A stretch of DNA of 57,109 nucleotides from Neoconidiobolus thromboides FSU 785 (Eukaryota > Fungi > Entomophthoromycota), in the NCBI GenBank assembly GCA_025603075.1, contig MU626390.1, forward strand, positions 1 to 57,109. Direction: 5' to 3'. Shown in pieces: positions 14,108-27,540 of the stretch. Position numbers and translations under genes: made by a program. The stretch's first letter is position 1. Each line of letters begins with the position of its first letter. A model generated the notes under the pieces. It saw nothing but the letters and a program-made list of their open reading frames with translations, did no database searches and had not been told where the DNA came from.

Positions 14108-14206
14108 GGGGATGTATTTTTGTGTTTAAGAATTTTGCTAACAACTTTTCCACTCAAATAGTGCTTAAAAGATAGAAAAAGTAATGAAGCCAAAAAAAAC
14201 ACCCCC
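14108..14206 (-). mobile_element. MITE copy 5
   Basis: Inverted copy GGGGATGTATTTTTGTG...AAAAAACACCCCC; TSD TTAT/TTAT. Confidence 0.92.
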
Positions 14207-14866
14207 TTATATTAGTAAAATATTTACTAATATAGCAATTTCTATTAAATTTAGTAAAAATTGTGCCAACTTGTAATATAAATTATAATAAAATAATTTA
14301 GAACTATTCAATATTTTTGTTTTTTAATAATAAAAAATTGTTTTTATAAAATTTTAAGCAAACTTTCTAAAACATAAAACTTCTAAAAGCTAGATAGAAA
14401 TATGGAGTCAATTTAAACATTTTAATATAAAATATTATATATATAATATAATAAGAGTTATGTTTTTATATTATGATTATCAAATACAAACATTCAAATA
14501 CAAAAATAACGTTTTTATAATTAAAAAACAAAAATTTCTATAAATATAAACAAAAAATTAAATTGTTCTATCATTGGAAATTTTTTTAATTAGTAATAGA
14601 AATTAATAGGTAAGTTTATTGATTTTTAGAAACTTCGAAATTTTAGTTCAGTTTTAAATTTAGATAAAAAAATTTCTAGTTAAGATTAATTATATATTAT
14701 TTTAAAGCATAGCAGATATAACTATGATAGATTAAAACTTAATTTATTACAATTATTAGCAATAGAGTATTTTTAACTTATTTTAAACATCCGCTATATT
14801 AGTTATCTTTTGACTTTTTAAGATATTTAAATAATATAATAAGTAGTTTTATATATATTACTATAT

Positions 14867-14963
14867 GGGGATGTATTTTTGTTTACGAATTTTATTAACA
14901 ATGTTTCGGCTCAAATAGTGCTTAAAAGGTGGAAAAAGTAATGAAATCAAAAAAATTATCCCC
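14867..14963 (-). mobile_element. MITE copy 6
   Basis: Inverted copy; TSD ATAT/ATAT. Confidence 0.92.
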
Positions 14964-15751
14964 ATATAGTAATATTTAACTCAGTTTATTATTCAAATTT
15001 TAAATGCTTAAAACGTAAATATTAAAAACTTTTTCAAGTGAAATAAAAGCTTTATAATATATTCTAATTTCTCTATGATTTTTTAAATTTTGAACTTTTG
15101 TTATAGTTAATATTGCCTTAAAGCATATTTGAAAAAGAAACAAGAAATATTTTTCAAGTTATACCCTCTGATTACTACATAAACACTGATTTTATGTATT
15201 GTTTTATAACAATACAAGATTAAATAGGTTATAGTTTTTATAGTTGAGATTTCGGGAATTATTTTGAAAAGCTTCCACAGCTAATAATTTCCTAGTTTCG
15301 CTTCAAACTACTTTCTAAATTACCTTAAATCAGTTTGTTCAGAAACCTTCCTATTATTATTTGACTTTAGAACTCGTTTTTATCTTAACTAAATAAGACA
15401 CCTGATGTCAATCTTTCAAGAATTTCGAATAAATAGAAGTTTTTAGCAATTATATATTGCTATTTGTCTTATTTAATATAATTTTTATATTAAAAAATAC
15501 ATAGTATATTTGAGGAACATATGGTGCTAGTTTTTAATGAATTTAATTCATATAACAAAACCATAGCTCAATAATATAATAGATTATCTAATTAACTTAC
15601 TATCTATTGGAACTTAAACTAATCATAAACATAGTCAGAGATAACATTTAATTAGTCCATCTGATTAATTTAAGCATACTTTCAAATAATAATATCGATT
15701 AATTTTAGTATTTTATATCTATAAACAATAATGTAAATGAAATAAGATCAA

Positions 15752-16807
15752 TTATTCTGGTACATGAGAGAAGAGATAAGAGATGGACTCTCCATTGTGA
15801 GTACGACGAATAGCTTCGGCCAAAGTAGCAGAAATATCAATAAAATCAAGTTTAGGACAAATCTCTAATTTATCCTCATGTGGAATAGTGTTGGTAACTA
15901 CTACTTTAGTTAACATTGAATCGTTAATTACCTTGATTGCTTTTCCAGATAATATACCATGGGTAACAATGGCATAAACTTCTTTAGCTCCATTTTCAAC
16001 TAAAGTTTTGGCTGCCAATCCTAAAGTACCACAAGTATCTGCCATATCGTCAACGAGAATAGCAATTTTATCTTTAACATCTCCAACCAAAACCATACGA
16101 GATACTTCGTTAGCCTTCTTACGCTCCTTATGGATAAGAGCGAAATCTAAGTCTAGACGATCAGCAATGGCAGTAGCTCTATCAAAAATTATATTTTGTA
16201 TAAATAATTAAATGCTATTATACCTTTTAGCACCACCAGCATCCGGGGATACAATAATGGCGTTTTTCCACTCAGGAATGTTTTCTCTAATGTATTTAAG
16301 AGTTGAAGGTTCAGCATAAAGGTTATCGACAGGGATGTTAAAAAAACCTTGGATTTGGGAAGCGTGAAGGTCCATAGTAATTACATGGTTAGCCCCAGCA
16401 ACAGTAAGCATATTAGCAATGAGCTTTGCAGATATAGGTGCGCGGGACTTATCCTTTTTATCTTGTCTTGCATAAGGGAAACAAGGAATGACGGCTGTGA
16501 TACGACGAGCAGAAGCCGTTTTACAAGCGTTAATCATGATCAAAAGTTCCATAAGATTATCATTGATCTCACCACATCCAGATTGAATAATAAAAACATC
16601 TTCATCACGTACCGACTCACCAATGGTTACTGAAGTTTCTTGGTTTGAAAACTTGCGTACATTAGATTTTGCTACTTGAACACCAATGCGTCTATAAAAT
16701 AAGTTTTAATTTTTATTAAGAAATTAATAGTAAACTAACTTTGCAATGAGGTTTGCTAATTCGGGGTGTGAGTTACCAGCAAAGATTTTAATCGAGTTGG
16801 AAGACAT
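15752..16807 (-). CDS. PRS: Ribose-phosphate pyrophosphokinase (3 exons)
   Basis: [18 protein letters not shown]..., [56 protein letters not shown]. Confidence 0.97.
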
Positions 16808-18214
16808 TGAATTGATAGGATTAATGAGATTGTCTAATAATAAAGATTAAAGATATGAATATTCTGTACTTTAATATTAGTGAAAATAATTATTGCTAAA
16901 TTTCAACCAATTAAACAAAATGTTTCAACTTTATGTCAAGTTGACAAATACCCATTTGATAGCTAAAGTGGTTAAAATTTATTTAGTAAATTATATGAGG
17001 GTTTTGAGGTAAATATTTCCTAGAGTAACATTTACAACTTATAGATGAATGAATTTGGTACTATCTACCATATAGTATATATCAGATCACTATCAGCTTT
17101 ATATCTGAGCACTTTTTCGGCGAGATATTATTTATATACTGTATCTTTAAAGTCAATATTTGCTATGATATAATTTTTAAGAATAAAATTTTGTGCTAAA
17201 CAAAAAATTCCTAAAAATTCCTAAAAATTGACTTGAAATCCAAGTAAAAAAAACATCAAAACTTAAAATAAGCCTTAGAATAAAATTCAATATCATATCA
17301 TATTTGATGAATGAAATTTAATTCACAGTAGTTACTAGTGCTTTCAATATATTAAAACATTCATCACTAACCATATCGTTGCTTAAAAGTTTATGTACAC
17401 TATTTACCATAAGGACTTACACTTATTCTCAAAAGCTTATATATCTTCAAGTCGCTTTATTGACTTATATGTTAACAATTAACAGTCAATCCGTAATATA
17501 TTGCCACAAACTTTGAAAGTTAGACTTGACAAATATTCAAACACTTTTAATAGCAGTAAATCATTAGCAGTAGATAAATGTAAGGTACTTTCTGATGTTA
17601 CTTATACAGGAAAGTGAAATTTAGCTGTAAGGTTCAGTTTTGTTGGCAATGTAGCTGTTATAACTGTATTGTAACTTAAATTGCAGTAATTTTTAGATCT
17701 AGCTATTTATTCATATGGCTTTTTTAACCAAAAAATTAAACTTTAGTAAAAAAATATTCTTAAATAAACAGCTAATTAGGCCATTGACAGATTTCTAATA
17801 GATGTATTCAACTAATTATTAAATTATTCCATGAAATAGAAGCATATTTAATTGGCTTAGCTTTGAATTAAAATGATTTCTTTATTCTTTATTTGCTGCA
17901 TAAATCTTATAATCCAATCAAAAATGAGAAACTTAATTTGAATGAAGCTAAGTTCTAGAGAGCGAATAAGGGTAGGTCAGTACTCAAAGAGACATTGTTT
18001 CCTCATCAATAAGTATAAAAGGCGAAAAATGATAAAATCTTAAAACCCCTATACATAGCGGGTAGTACTACTACTACTTAGGACCCCTTATTCTAGGACA
18101 TCAAATACAATATTAAAACAAAACACTAGTTTTAGTTTATTTCGTTTTACTACTCAAGCTTTAGTTAACTATTGTTATTACTTAAAACACTTATATTTAA
18201 TTAAGAATTAAGAA

Positions 18215-21200
18215 ATGGCTTCAAGGTAGTTTATAAATATCTGATATTTAATATGTCTAATCATAATTAAAGATTAGAACGCTTAATCCTACTGCTTGAT
18301 ACTGGTTCTGCCTCTGGTGTCAGAACAACTGCGGCTAACCAGTTGGGAGATATCATGAAACAGCATCCAGGAGAGTTAAAAAATTTATTGGGAAGGGTAG
18401 GATCATAATTGTCTATAAAACTTAAGCTAATAATTTAAGGTATCTGTTCATTTAAGATCTTCAACTTGGGAAACTAGAATTGCTGCAGGACAAGCGATTG
18501 GGGCAATTGCTAAAAATGCTTCAACTTGGGATCCTGATGTCAAAATAGAAGGTTTAATCTATTATAAATTATCAAATGGTTTGTAACATTTTAAATAGAT
18601 ATGCCTCCTCCAGAAGCAGTTACAAAATCTGTTTTGACGTTCAAAGAGTTTGATATATTAAATGTGATGAAAAAAGGAAAGAAATTACTCGCTTCAGCTG
18701 GAATTGTATTTTATTTTTAACATTTGTAATTAAATAACTAAAAACATAAAAGGAATATGACTTAGATATGTCCAACCTAGCTCCAAATGAACGTATGGAA
18801 CATTTAAAGAAAAATTTAAAAAAGAACCTAGGAATTGGATCGGATTTTATAGAAGGTTAATAAATAATATTATAGTTTTACATTTTCTCACTTTCAAATA
18901 GATGACTTTTTGGATGACATTGATACAACAGTTAAAGCTGAAATTCAACCACCTAGAGCTCCTTCTCCAAAAGAAGAAATAGACATGTCAGCACTAAGTG
19001 CACGTGAAAGAAATCGATTAAAGAGAAAAAATAAAAAAGAAGCTAAAGATAAAATACTTGAATCGAGAAAACGTATTCAAGCTCCCCAAAAGCGTGCAAC
19101 TGTTGACTCCCAGATTAAGCAAACTTCTTCGAACGCTGGTGATGATATTAATAATGGTAAAGTTATAGTAGAATCAAAAGTTTCTATGGAAATTGTAGAG
19201 GACCCAAGAGAGTGGCCATTTGAAGAATTCTGTGAAACTTTGTGCATAGATTTATTTGACCCTAATTGGGTTGTGCGTCATGGTGCTGCTATTGGGCTTC
19301 GTGAGATCTTAAAATATCATGGAAAGGATGCAGGGAAAATCGCAGGGTTATCTAAAGACAAAAATGATATATTACATGAGGAATGGTTGGAAGACGTTTG
19401 CATTAGATTATTATGTGTCTTTGCTCTTGACCGTTTTGGGGATTTCGTTTCAGATTCCGTTGTAGCACCTGTTAGAGAAACTTGTTCCCAAACCCTTGGA
19501 ACTTTAATTCAATACCTCCCACCAGAGCTTGTATTCAAAACGCAAACTGGCCTTTTAAACCTTGTAGCCCAAGGCCAAGATTTAAATAAAACGAATGCAC
19601 AAGATGGGCTATCCATTACTCAATGGGAATCCAGGCATGCTGGCTTATTAGGACTAAAATATTTAATTGCAGTCCGAACTGATCTTGTTGAACCCTTATT
19701 AAAGGTAACAATAGATGCAATCATATTTTGTTTAGATGATGGGGATGATGATGTTAGGGGAGTTTCCGCAGCTTCGATTCTACCAGTAACTGAACAGTTT
19801 GTAAATTTAATGCCAGATAAAGCAATTAAAGTCGCTACTATATTATGGTTAAATTTGAAAGACGCAAAAGATGATTTATCTGCTTCAACTAGTAGCGTTA
19901 TGGATCTTTTAGCTCGCCTCTTTTCTTATCCTAAAATCCTTCAATCATTCCAAGATTTATCTAAAGAAAATAATACCTTTGCCCTAGCTAATTTGGTTCC
20001 AGTACTTTTCCCATTTTTCAGGCATACGATTTCTTCAGTTAGATTGGCAGTTTTGGATACCCTTCAACTTTTCCTCGATGCGGATCAAGATTGTAGATGG
20101 GTCGACGATCGTGTTTTCAAACTTGTGTTCCAAAACATTTTGTTTGAAGAAAAAGAAAAAACATTGGATCGATCTGAAGTTTTATGGAAAATGATTATGG
20201 AAAAAATTAAGCTTAATCCAACCTCATTTTATCCAATTATTAGAGATTGCGTTCCAAAGTGGTTCCTTATTTTAATGACGCCACTAGGCACTCAAATTGA
20301 TTTAAGCCTTATATTCCTTCCAAAACCAGGATCGAACCTCGGTGATAAACAGGGACCTGGGTCAACGCATAATGTTGATTCCGGGATGCTTTCTCAAGAT
20401 TTTGCCTTGATTTCTAAAGATAAAGTATTACTTAATCGTTTACGTGGTGCTAAAGCTTTAGGGACATTAATGAAAGTACTTCCAACAGATGAAATTGCTT
20501 TATTGTTCGATGGCTCTCTGGGATTCTACATACAATCAGCTTGGGGGATGCATCAACATTTATCTGCAGCAATAATTGAAGAATGGTTTATAGAAAATCA
20601 AACTATCGTAAATGGCTCACCTATCAAAGAATCACTATCCAAGATGCTTGTAGACCAACTTGAGCTCAGTAATAAAATTACATTAATTGAATGTATTCCA
20701 CATTTAAGACAACTTCGCTCTGAGCTGCTTGCGCTTTTGAATACTGCAACAATGGAAGGAGGTGTTGATCCTACTATTATACCTGCTCTTCCTAGCTACG
20801 TTGAAGGGGAAGCTCAAAACAATTTTACAATTGATGTTTGTAGATACTTTGTAACACAAATATATGATCAAATTATCCTTTCTGCTAACAAAAATTCAAT
20901 AAGCAACTTAGAGGATAGAAAGAAGAGAGTGTTGATTGCCATGGGGGCGTACGAAGATTTTGTTTTTGGAATAAAAACACAAGTAACATCCGCTATCTCT
21001 TGCGCTGTAACTACTTTAGAAATACTTCCACCTAAACTTTCCCCCATTATTACATCTATGATGAATTCAATTAAAAAAGAGCCAAACCAGGAATTACAAA
21101 TACGCTCTTCTATTGGCTTAAGTAGATTAATCTACCTTTTGTCAATTATCAACCCCAAAATTAACCCAACTAATAAAATAGTGCGTAATCTATGCACATT

Positions 21201-23898
21201 CATTTGCTCAGACACTTCAGTTACTCCACGTGTGCGAGATAATCTTACAAAAGAAGAGATCTATTCGCTTTCAGTTGTACAAGGCCCAATCGTGAGGGGA
21301 AGAGGCAGGCCATGTATCAATATAGGACAATCTGACCCTAATAATAGCCTTGATTCTAAATTTGTAAGAAGAGGATCTGAGCTTTGCCTTGAACAGTTTT
21401 GTAAAAGCTTTGGGCCTAAACTCTTTGAAAAAGTTCCAAAGCTCTGGGAGCTCATGTTTTCAAGACTTCAAGGTTTAATGGAAAGTGATAAAGATGTATT
21501 TTATGATACTTTAGAAAGGGACCTTGACTTAGCTGAAGATATAGTAGACGGTCTTCATATTTTATCAACAGTCGTACATTATTTAGATGCTTCTCTGTTA
21601 GAAGAGATTAGGCCTACTATCCCTTGGGTTCTAAGATGCTTACAAAGCCCTTATTCTGTTATTCGCCATATGGCTGCAAAATGTTTTTCAGTGTTATGTG
21701 ATGTCCTTTTATCCCCATGTATGCAAGCTCTCGTTTCTACTGGCCTTCCGCTTTTGATGGATCATTCGAATGTTATAAATAGACAAGGATTTGCCGAAGC
21801 TATTTATTTTACTGTGCAAACATTAGAGACTAAAATTTTACCTTATGTGATATTTTTAGTTGTTCCTATTTTAGGGCGCATGAGTGATAATGATGATCAT
21901 GTTAGACTTGTTGCTTCAAATTGTTTTGCTCTTTTAATCAACTTGATTCCACTAGAATCTGGAATGCCAGATCCTGAGGATTTCCCTATTGAACTTATAG
22001 AACAACGTTCGTCTGAAAGAAAATTCATAAACCAACTATTAGATGCTAAACAACTTGAGTCTTTTGATATACCAATCAAAATCAATGCTGAGCTTCGAAG
22101 TTATCAGCAAGAAGGTGTTAATTGGCTTGCGTTTTTAAATCGTTATCAGCTTCATGGTATACTTTGTGATGATATGGGTCTAGGAAAAACACTTCAATCG
22201 ATTTGTATGTTAGCAAGTGATCAATATACAAGGGCGGCTTTATTTAAAAAGACCAATAACCCAGATCAAAAGCACCTACCTTCTTTAGTAATTTGCCCAA
22301 CAACTTTGATTCCACATTGGTATCATGAAATTAACACATATACTACAAATCTTAGGCCATTGTGCTATAGTGGAGTTTTATTTGAAAGAAGAAGAATTGC
22401 ACACTTAATTCCACAGCGCGATGTTGTTATAATGTCTTATGAGATTATACGCAATGATATTGAGGAATTATCGAAATATCATTGGAATTATTGTATTTTA
22501 GATGAAGGCCATATTATTAAGAATGGCAAAACTAAAATTACCAAAGCTATTAAACAAATAAAGGCAAATCACCGTTTGATTTTGTCTGGTACCCCTATTC
22601 AAAACAACGTACTAGAATTATGGTCTTTATTTGATTTCTTAATGCCAGGATTTTTGGGTACTGAAAAGTCTTTTAATGAAATGTATTCCAAGCCTATTTT
22701 GGCTTCTAGAGAAGCAAAAAGCTCATCAAAAGAGCAAGAAGCAGGCGCCTTAGCACTTGAAGCACTTCATAAACAGGTTTTGCCTTTCTTACTTCGACGC
22801 CTTAAAGAAGATGTTTTGGATGATCTTCCACCTAAAATCATTCAAGATTATTATTGTGATCTTGGTGAGGTTCAAAAACAACTTTATGACGACTTTTCAA
22901 AGAGCCAAAACCAAGGAAGTGTTTCTGTTATTGACGATGACCAAAATGAAGGAAATCAACCAGAGAAAAAGACGCATATTTTCCAAGCATTACAATATAT
23001 TCGTAAACTTTGTAATCACCCATTGTTGGCCTTAACTCCTAAGCATCCACAATATAATAACATCATGTCCAAAGTAGGTGATATTTCGCATTTGCATGAT
23101 TTAGTACATGCACCAAAATTATTGGCTTTAAAGTAAGTATATTATATCTTTTGAATCAACTCATTTACAATTAATCATAGGCAACTATTAAACGACTGTG
23201 GGATTGGTTTACAAGGTGAAAATACTGAAGAACAAATTGTTTCAGGGGCAGTTTCGCAACATCGCGCATTGATATTTTTCCAACATAAAGTTATGTTGGA
23301 GCTAGTTGAAAAAGATTTGTTGCATAGACATTTGCCAAATGTAACTTACCTTAAGATAGATGGTGGAATAGAAGCTTCTAAAAGACATAATATAGTTGTG
23401 GAGTTTAATCAAGATCCTTCAATTGATCTGTTGCTTCTCACTACCCATGTTGGTGGTTTAGGTTTAAATTTAACAGGTGCTGATACTGTAATATTTGTTG
23501 AGCATGATTGGAATCCAATGAAAGATATGCAAGCTATGGACCGTGCACATAGAATTGGACAAAAAAAAGTGGTCAACGTTTACCGACTTATTACTAGAGA
23601 TACTTTAGAAGAAAAGATTATGGGGCTACAAAGGTTCAAACTTAATATAGCCAACTCAGTTGTAAATCAACAGAACTCCGGCCTGGGATCTATGAACACT
23701 AATCAACTGTTTGATCTTTTCTCTGCTCCCACTACTAACCCATTGGAAATCAAAGATGAACCAAACCAAGAAAGCACCAACACAGGCGTACCTGGAGCTA
23801 AGGTCCTCGAAGGTTTAGAAAAGTTATGGGATGAGAAGCAGTATGAAGAAGAGTTTGATTTAGATAATTTTATTTCAGGATTAAAGCCAAAACAGTAA
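18215..23898 (+). CDS. MOT1: TBP-associated SWI2/SNF2 ATPase Mot1/BTAF1
   Basis: MASRLERLILLLDTGS... N-terminus over several short exons; HEAT region (DRFGDFVSDSVVAPVRETCSQ); SNF2 motifs GILCDDMGLGKTLQ, ILDEGH, LSGTPIQNN; helicase C LLLTTHVGGLGLNLTGAD, QAMDRAHRIGQ. Confidence 0.97.
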
Positions 23899-24037
23899 AC
23901 TTTTGATCCCAGATTATATCATACTGTTGATGTTTAAAATAAATATTTAAAGTGCTTTAGACTATCATTTTTTATTTTACTATTATAAACTTGATAATCT
24001 CAGTTACTTCTGTATTCAATAGTTTTTTTTACCATAT

Positions 24038-24136
24038 GGTGATGTTTTTTTTGACTTCATTATTTTTTCCATCTTTCAAGCGCTATTTGAGTGAAAAAAT
24101 TGTTAGTAAAATTCCTAAACATAAAAATACATCCCC
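24038..24136 (+). mobile_element. MITE copy 7
   Basis: GGTGATGTTTTTTTGACTTC...ATACATCCCC; TSD ATAT/ATAT; 140 bp after the MOT1 stop. Confidence 0.92.
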
Positions 24137-24190
24137 ATATTGAGGTACACAAAAAACACTTAATCAATGTTACAGTAAAATATGAAATAT

Positions 24191-24284
24191 GGGGATGTAT
24201 TTTTATGTTTAGGAATTTTATTAACAATTTTTTCACTCAAATAGCGTTTAAAAGATAGAAAAAGTGACGAAAAAAAGTATCTTC
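24191..24284 (-). mobile_element. MITE copy 8
   Basis: Inverted copy with a small internal deletion; TSD ATAT/ATAT. Confidence 0.9.
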
Positions 24285-24315
24285 ATATATAAATAGTTAA
24301 TTCATTTGTAAAAAT

Positions 24316-24413
24316 GGGGATGTATTTTTGTGTTTAAGAACTTTACTAATAAATTTTCCGCTTAAATAGCGCTTAAAAATGGAAAAAATAATGAAGTCAA
24401 AAAAAACACTCCC
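24316..24413 (-). mobile_element. MITE copy 9
   Basis: Inverted copy ending CACTCCC; TSD AAAT/AAAT. Confidence 0.92.
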
Positions 24414-25059
24414 AAATGCTTATTTGAAAAGTGTTAAGCTAAAATAAATGTTATTACTATAATACATGAGATTAAATGAAAATATACAAAATTATTTGAT
24501 AAAATTATTTGATAAAGTAAATACAATAATATCAAAACTGGCTAAAAAAATATTTAATAAAATATAGTAACTGATAAAAGACTGTCTGTGGTAATCATAT
24601 TTCTAATTCCAAGGAAAATGATTTTATTCTAAAATATTAGCCATTTTTTAAAATATATTCACTTTTCTGCATTAAAAAATACATACTTTAAATAAAAATA
24701 AAGATGAAGTTACTCATATGTAAAGTAGCAGAACCTATAAAAACTATACAAGTCTTTATCACCTAAATATTTAATATTTTTATTGAACATAAATTTACGC
24801 ATCTAATAATATATTCGTAGATAGGCAATAAAAACGAAAATTGTCAGCCAAAATTTGTAGCTTAATTTAGAAAATTTATAAGATATTTGTAAAGTAGTGC
24901 GATTTTCTGGACTAAAATTATATGCAAAGTCGTTGATTGCAATACCAAATATTTCTTGTGTCTAAAAGTGAGATAATTTTCCTGTAAAAATTGAACTGTA
25001 GCAATTCTATACTCTTAATAGAGTGGATCTGCCCAAAAAGAAATTGCTTTGGAAAATAT

Positions 25060-25158
25060 GGGGATGTATTTTTGTGTTTAAAAATTTTATTACCAATTTT
25101 TCCGCTCAAATAGTGGTTAAAAGATGGAAAAAGTGATAAAGCCAAAAAAGATGCCCTT
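25060..25158 (-). mobile_element. MITE copy 10
   Basis: Inverted copy; TSD ATAT/ATAT. Confidence 0.9.
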
Positions 25159-25704
25159 ATATCTTGTGTTATAAAATTTAGTACCTCTGCCAAAATCAGC
25201 CAATGTTTCATATAAAACTGGAAATCCCTTCAATGAATTACAAGTTCCTTAGTATTAGAACTAATAAAAACAATCACAATTTATATATAATAATAGTATC
25301 AGAGATTATATAGCTGAATATTTTACTTACTAAAGTAATACATTATTTCATATTAGGATCATAATCCAACAAATGGGAATTATAACAATAAATTATAATT
25401 TTAGATAATCGTTAATTTGTTTTAGTATGTGGATGTGAGCAAATTATAGTTGTCATATAAACGATTCTCGATATATTATTGGCTATTTTGATCTAACTAA
25501 TCTTGATAATCTATTGAATTTCTTAGATAAATCAACCAATCAATAAGATCTTTTAATCTTAAATCTTTGATAAAACGAAATAATCTAAGCGAAGATTTAA
25601 ACTTTTAGTTGAAATAGTAAAATTGTAGTTAAAAGGTAATTAATAGCAGTGATCATATTAATAATTTAGCTGATTTAAAAATTAGATACAACACATTAGC
25701 TAAA

Positions 25705-26463
<759 letters not shown>

Positions 26464-26846
26464 TTACGAGTTTTTAGAAAATCACTTATTACGATTTATT
26501 ATCTAGCTTTTTTAATGCACTTATAAATGGTGAATGTTTTTATTTATTATCTTTTTTCCTTTTGAGGCTTGATGTATAATTTTATTTTAAAATTGATGCT
26601 TTGTGATTTGTTCATTAAATTATTACTTTTAGTATTTTATTATTGTTGTTACTATTAAACTATATATCTAAAAAATTTATATAATCCTTAGCCTAATAAT
26701 TACGTGTCGAAAATTTAGATAAAAATTAAGGTGATCCAAAAAGAATTATATCCTTATAAAACATTATGGGAAATTAATTTCCAACAAAAAATATTTTTGA
26801 TATTTTATAATTTATAACTCTTTTAATAGAAAAATAAAACCTAAAA

Positions 26847-27305
26847 ATGAATACTGAACAAGAAATAGTAGACCAACAATTAAATGAAGGGGAAGTAATA
26901 GGCGCTGAAAATGAAATTGAACTTGAGGAAGGAATGGACAAGATCAAGATTATAAGTGGCAATAAAGATTTAACGAGTACCACTTTTCAATTAAAAGAAG
27001 AGGATCATACTCTTGGTAACGCATTAAGGTGGACAGTTGCAAAAGATCAAAAAGTAGAATATGTTGGCTATTCCATCCCTCATCCTTCAGAACCATTATT
27101 GAATTTCCGTATCCAAACCTTTAACGATACTACTAGTGTCCGAGCTATGGAAGACGGATTAGATAACTTGATTGCTATTTCTAAACACATCAATGATCAA
27201 TTCATTCAAGAAATGGAAAAGAAAGAGTATGAAGTATGCGAGGACGAGTTATTCCTTGTGAGTAGAAAAAGAGAAAGTAAATTAAATGAGGATGTCATGG
27301 AATAA
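26847..27305 (+). CDS. RPC19: RNA polymerase I/III subunit AC19
   Basis: TFQLKEEDHTLGNALRW...VGYSIPHPSE...NFRIQT (RPB11/AC19 fold; YSIPHPSE is AC19-type). Confidence 0.92.
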   Translation: MNTEQEIVDQQLNEGEVIGAENEIELEEGMDKIKIISGNKDLTSTTFQLKEEDHTLGNALRWTVAKDQKVEYVGYSIPHPSEPLLNFRIQTFNDTTSVRAMEDGLDNLIAISKHINDQFIQEMEKKEYEVCEDELFLVSRKRESKLNEDVME

Positions 27306-27540
27306 CTTCTATTATTGTTTTGTTGTATGAAATAATAGTAGTGTTATTATTGTTATAGATAATTTATGAGATAAATAAAGATATATACAAGTTAACTTTT
27401 AAATTTTCTATTATAGTGTTCAGCATATTTTAAAATAACATTTTGGTTTAAAATTTTCGTCAATTTTTTCAATTTATAAAATTAGACATTTTTAAAAATT
27501 CCATTTTCTACATTTTATTAAGACAAACTAGGAAAGTAAA

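Noticed and set aside
13011-14963. Repeated GGGGATG...CATCCCC units as a CRISPR array or tandem satellite
   Set aside because: The units are ~97 bp, irregularly dispersed, in both orientations and have TSDs. The DNA is eukaryotic and there are no cas genes.
16008-16633. Plus-strand ORFs at 16008 and 16349, and similar short ORFs at 3684, 7497, 8539, 11654, 21261, 21897, 22757, 26774, 35130, 42869, 46886, 51655 and 52322
   Set aside because: All are antisense or alternate-frame overlaps of well-supported genes and have no motifs of their own.
24038-24284. Inverted MITE pairs as long TIRs of a composite transposon
   Set aside because: Each copy has its own flanking duplication, the outer flanks of the 4/5 pair differ (ATAT vs TTAT), and the spacers are short and non-coding.
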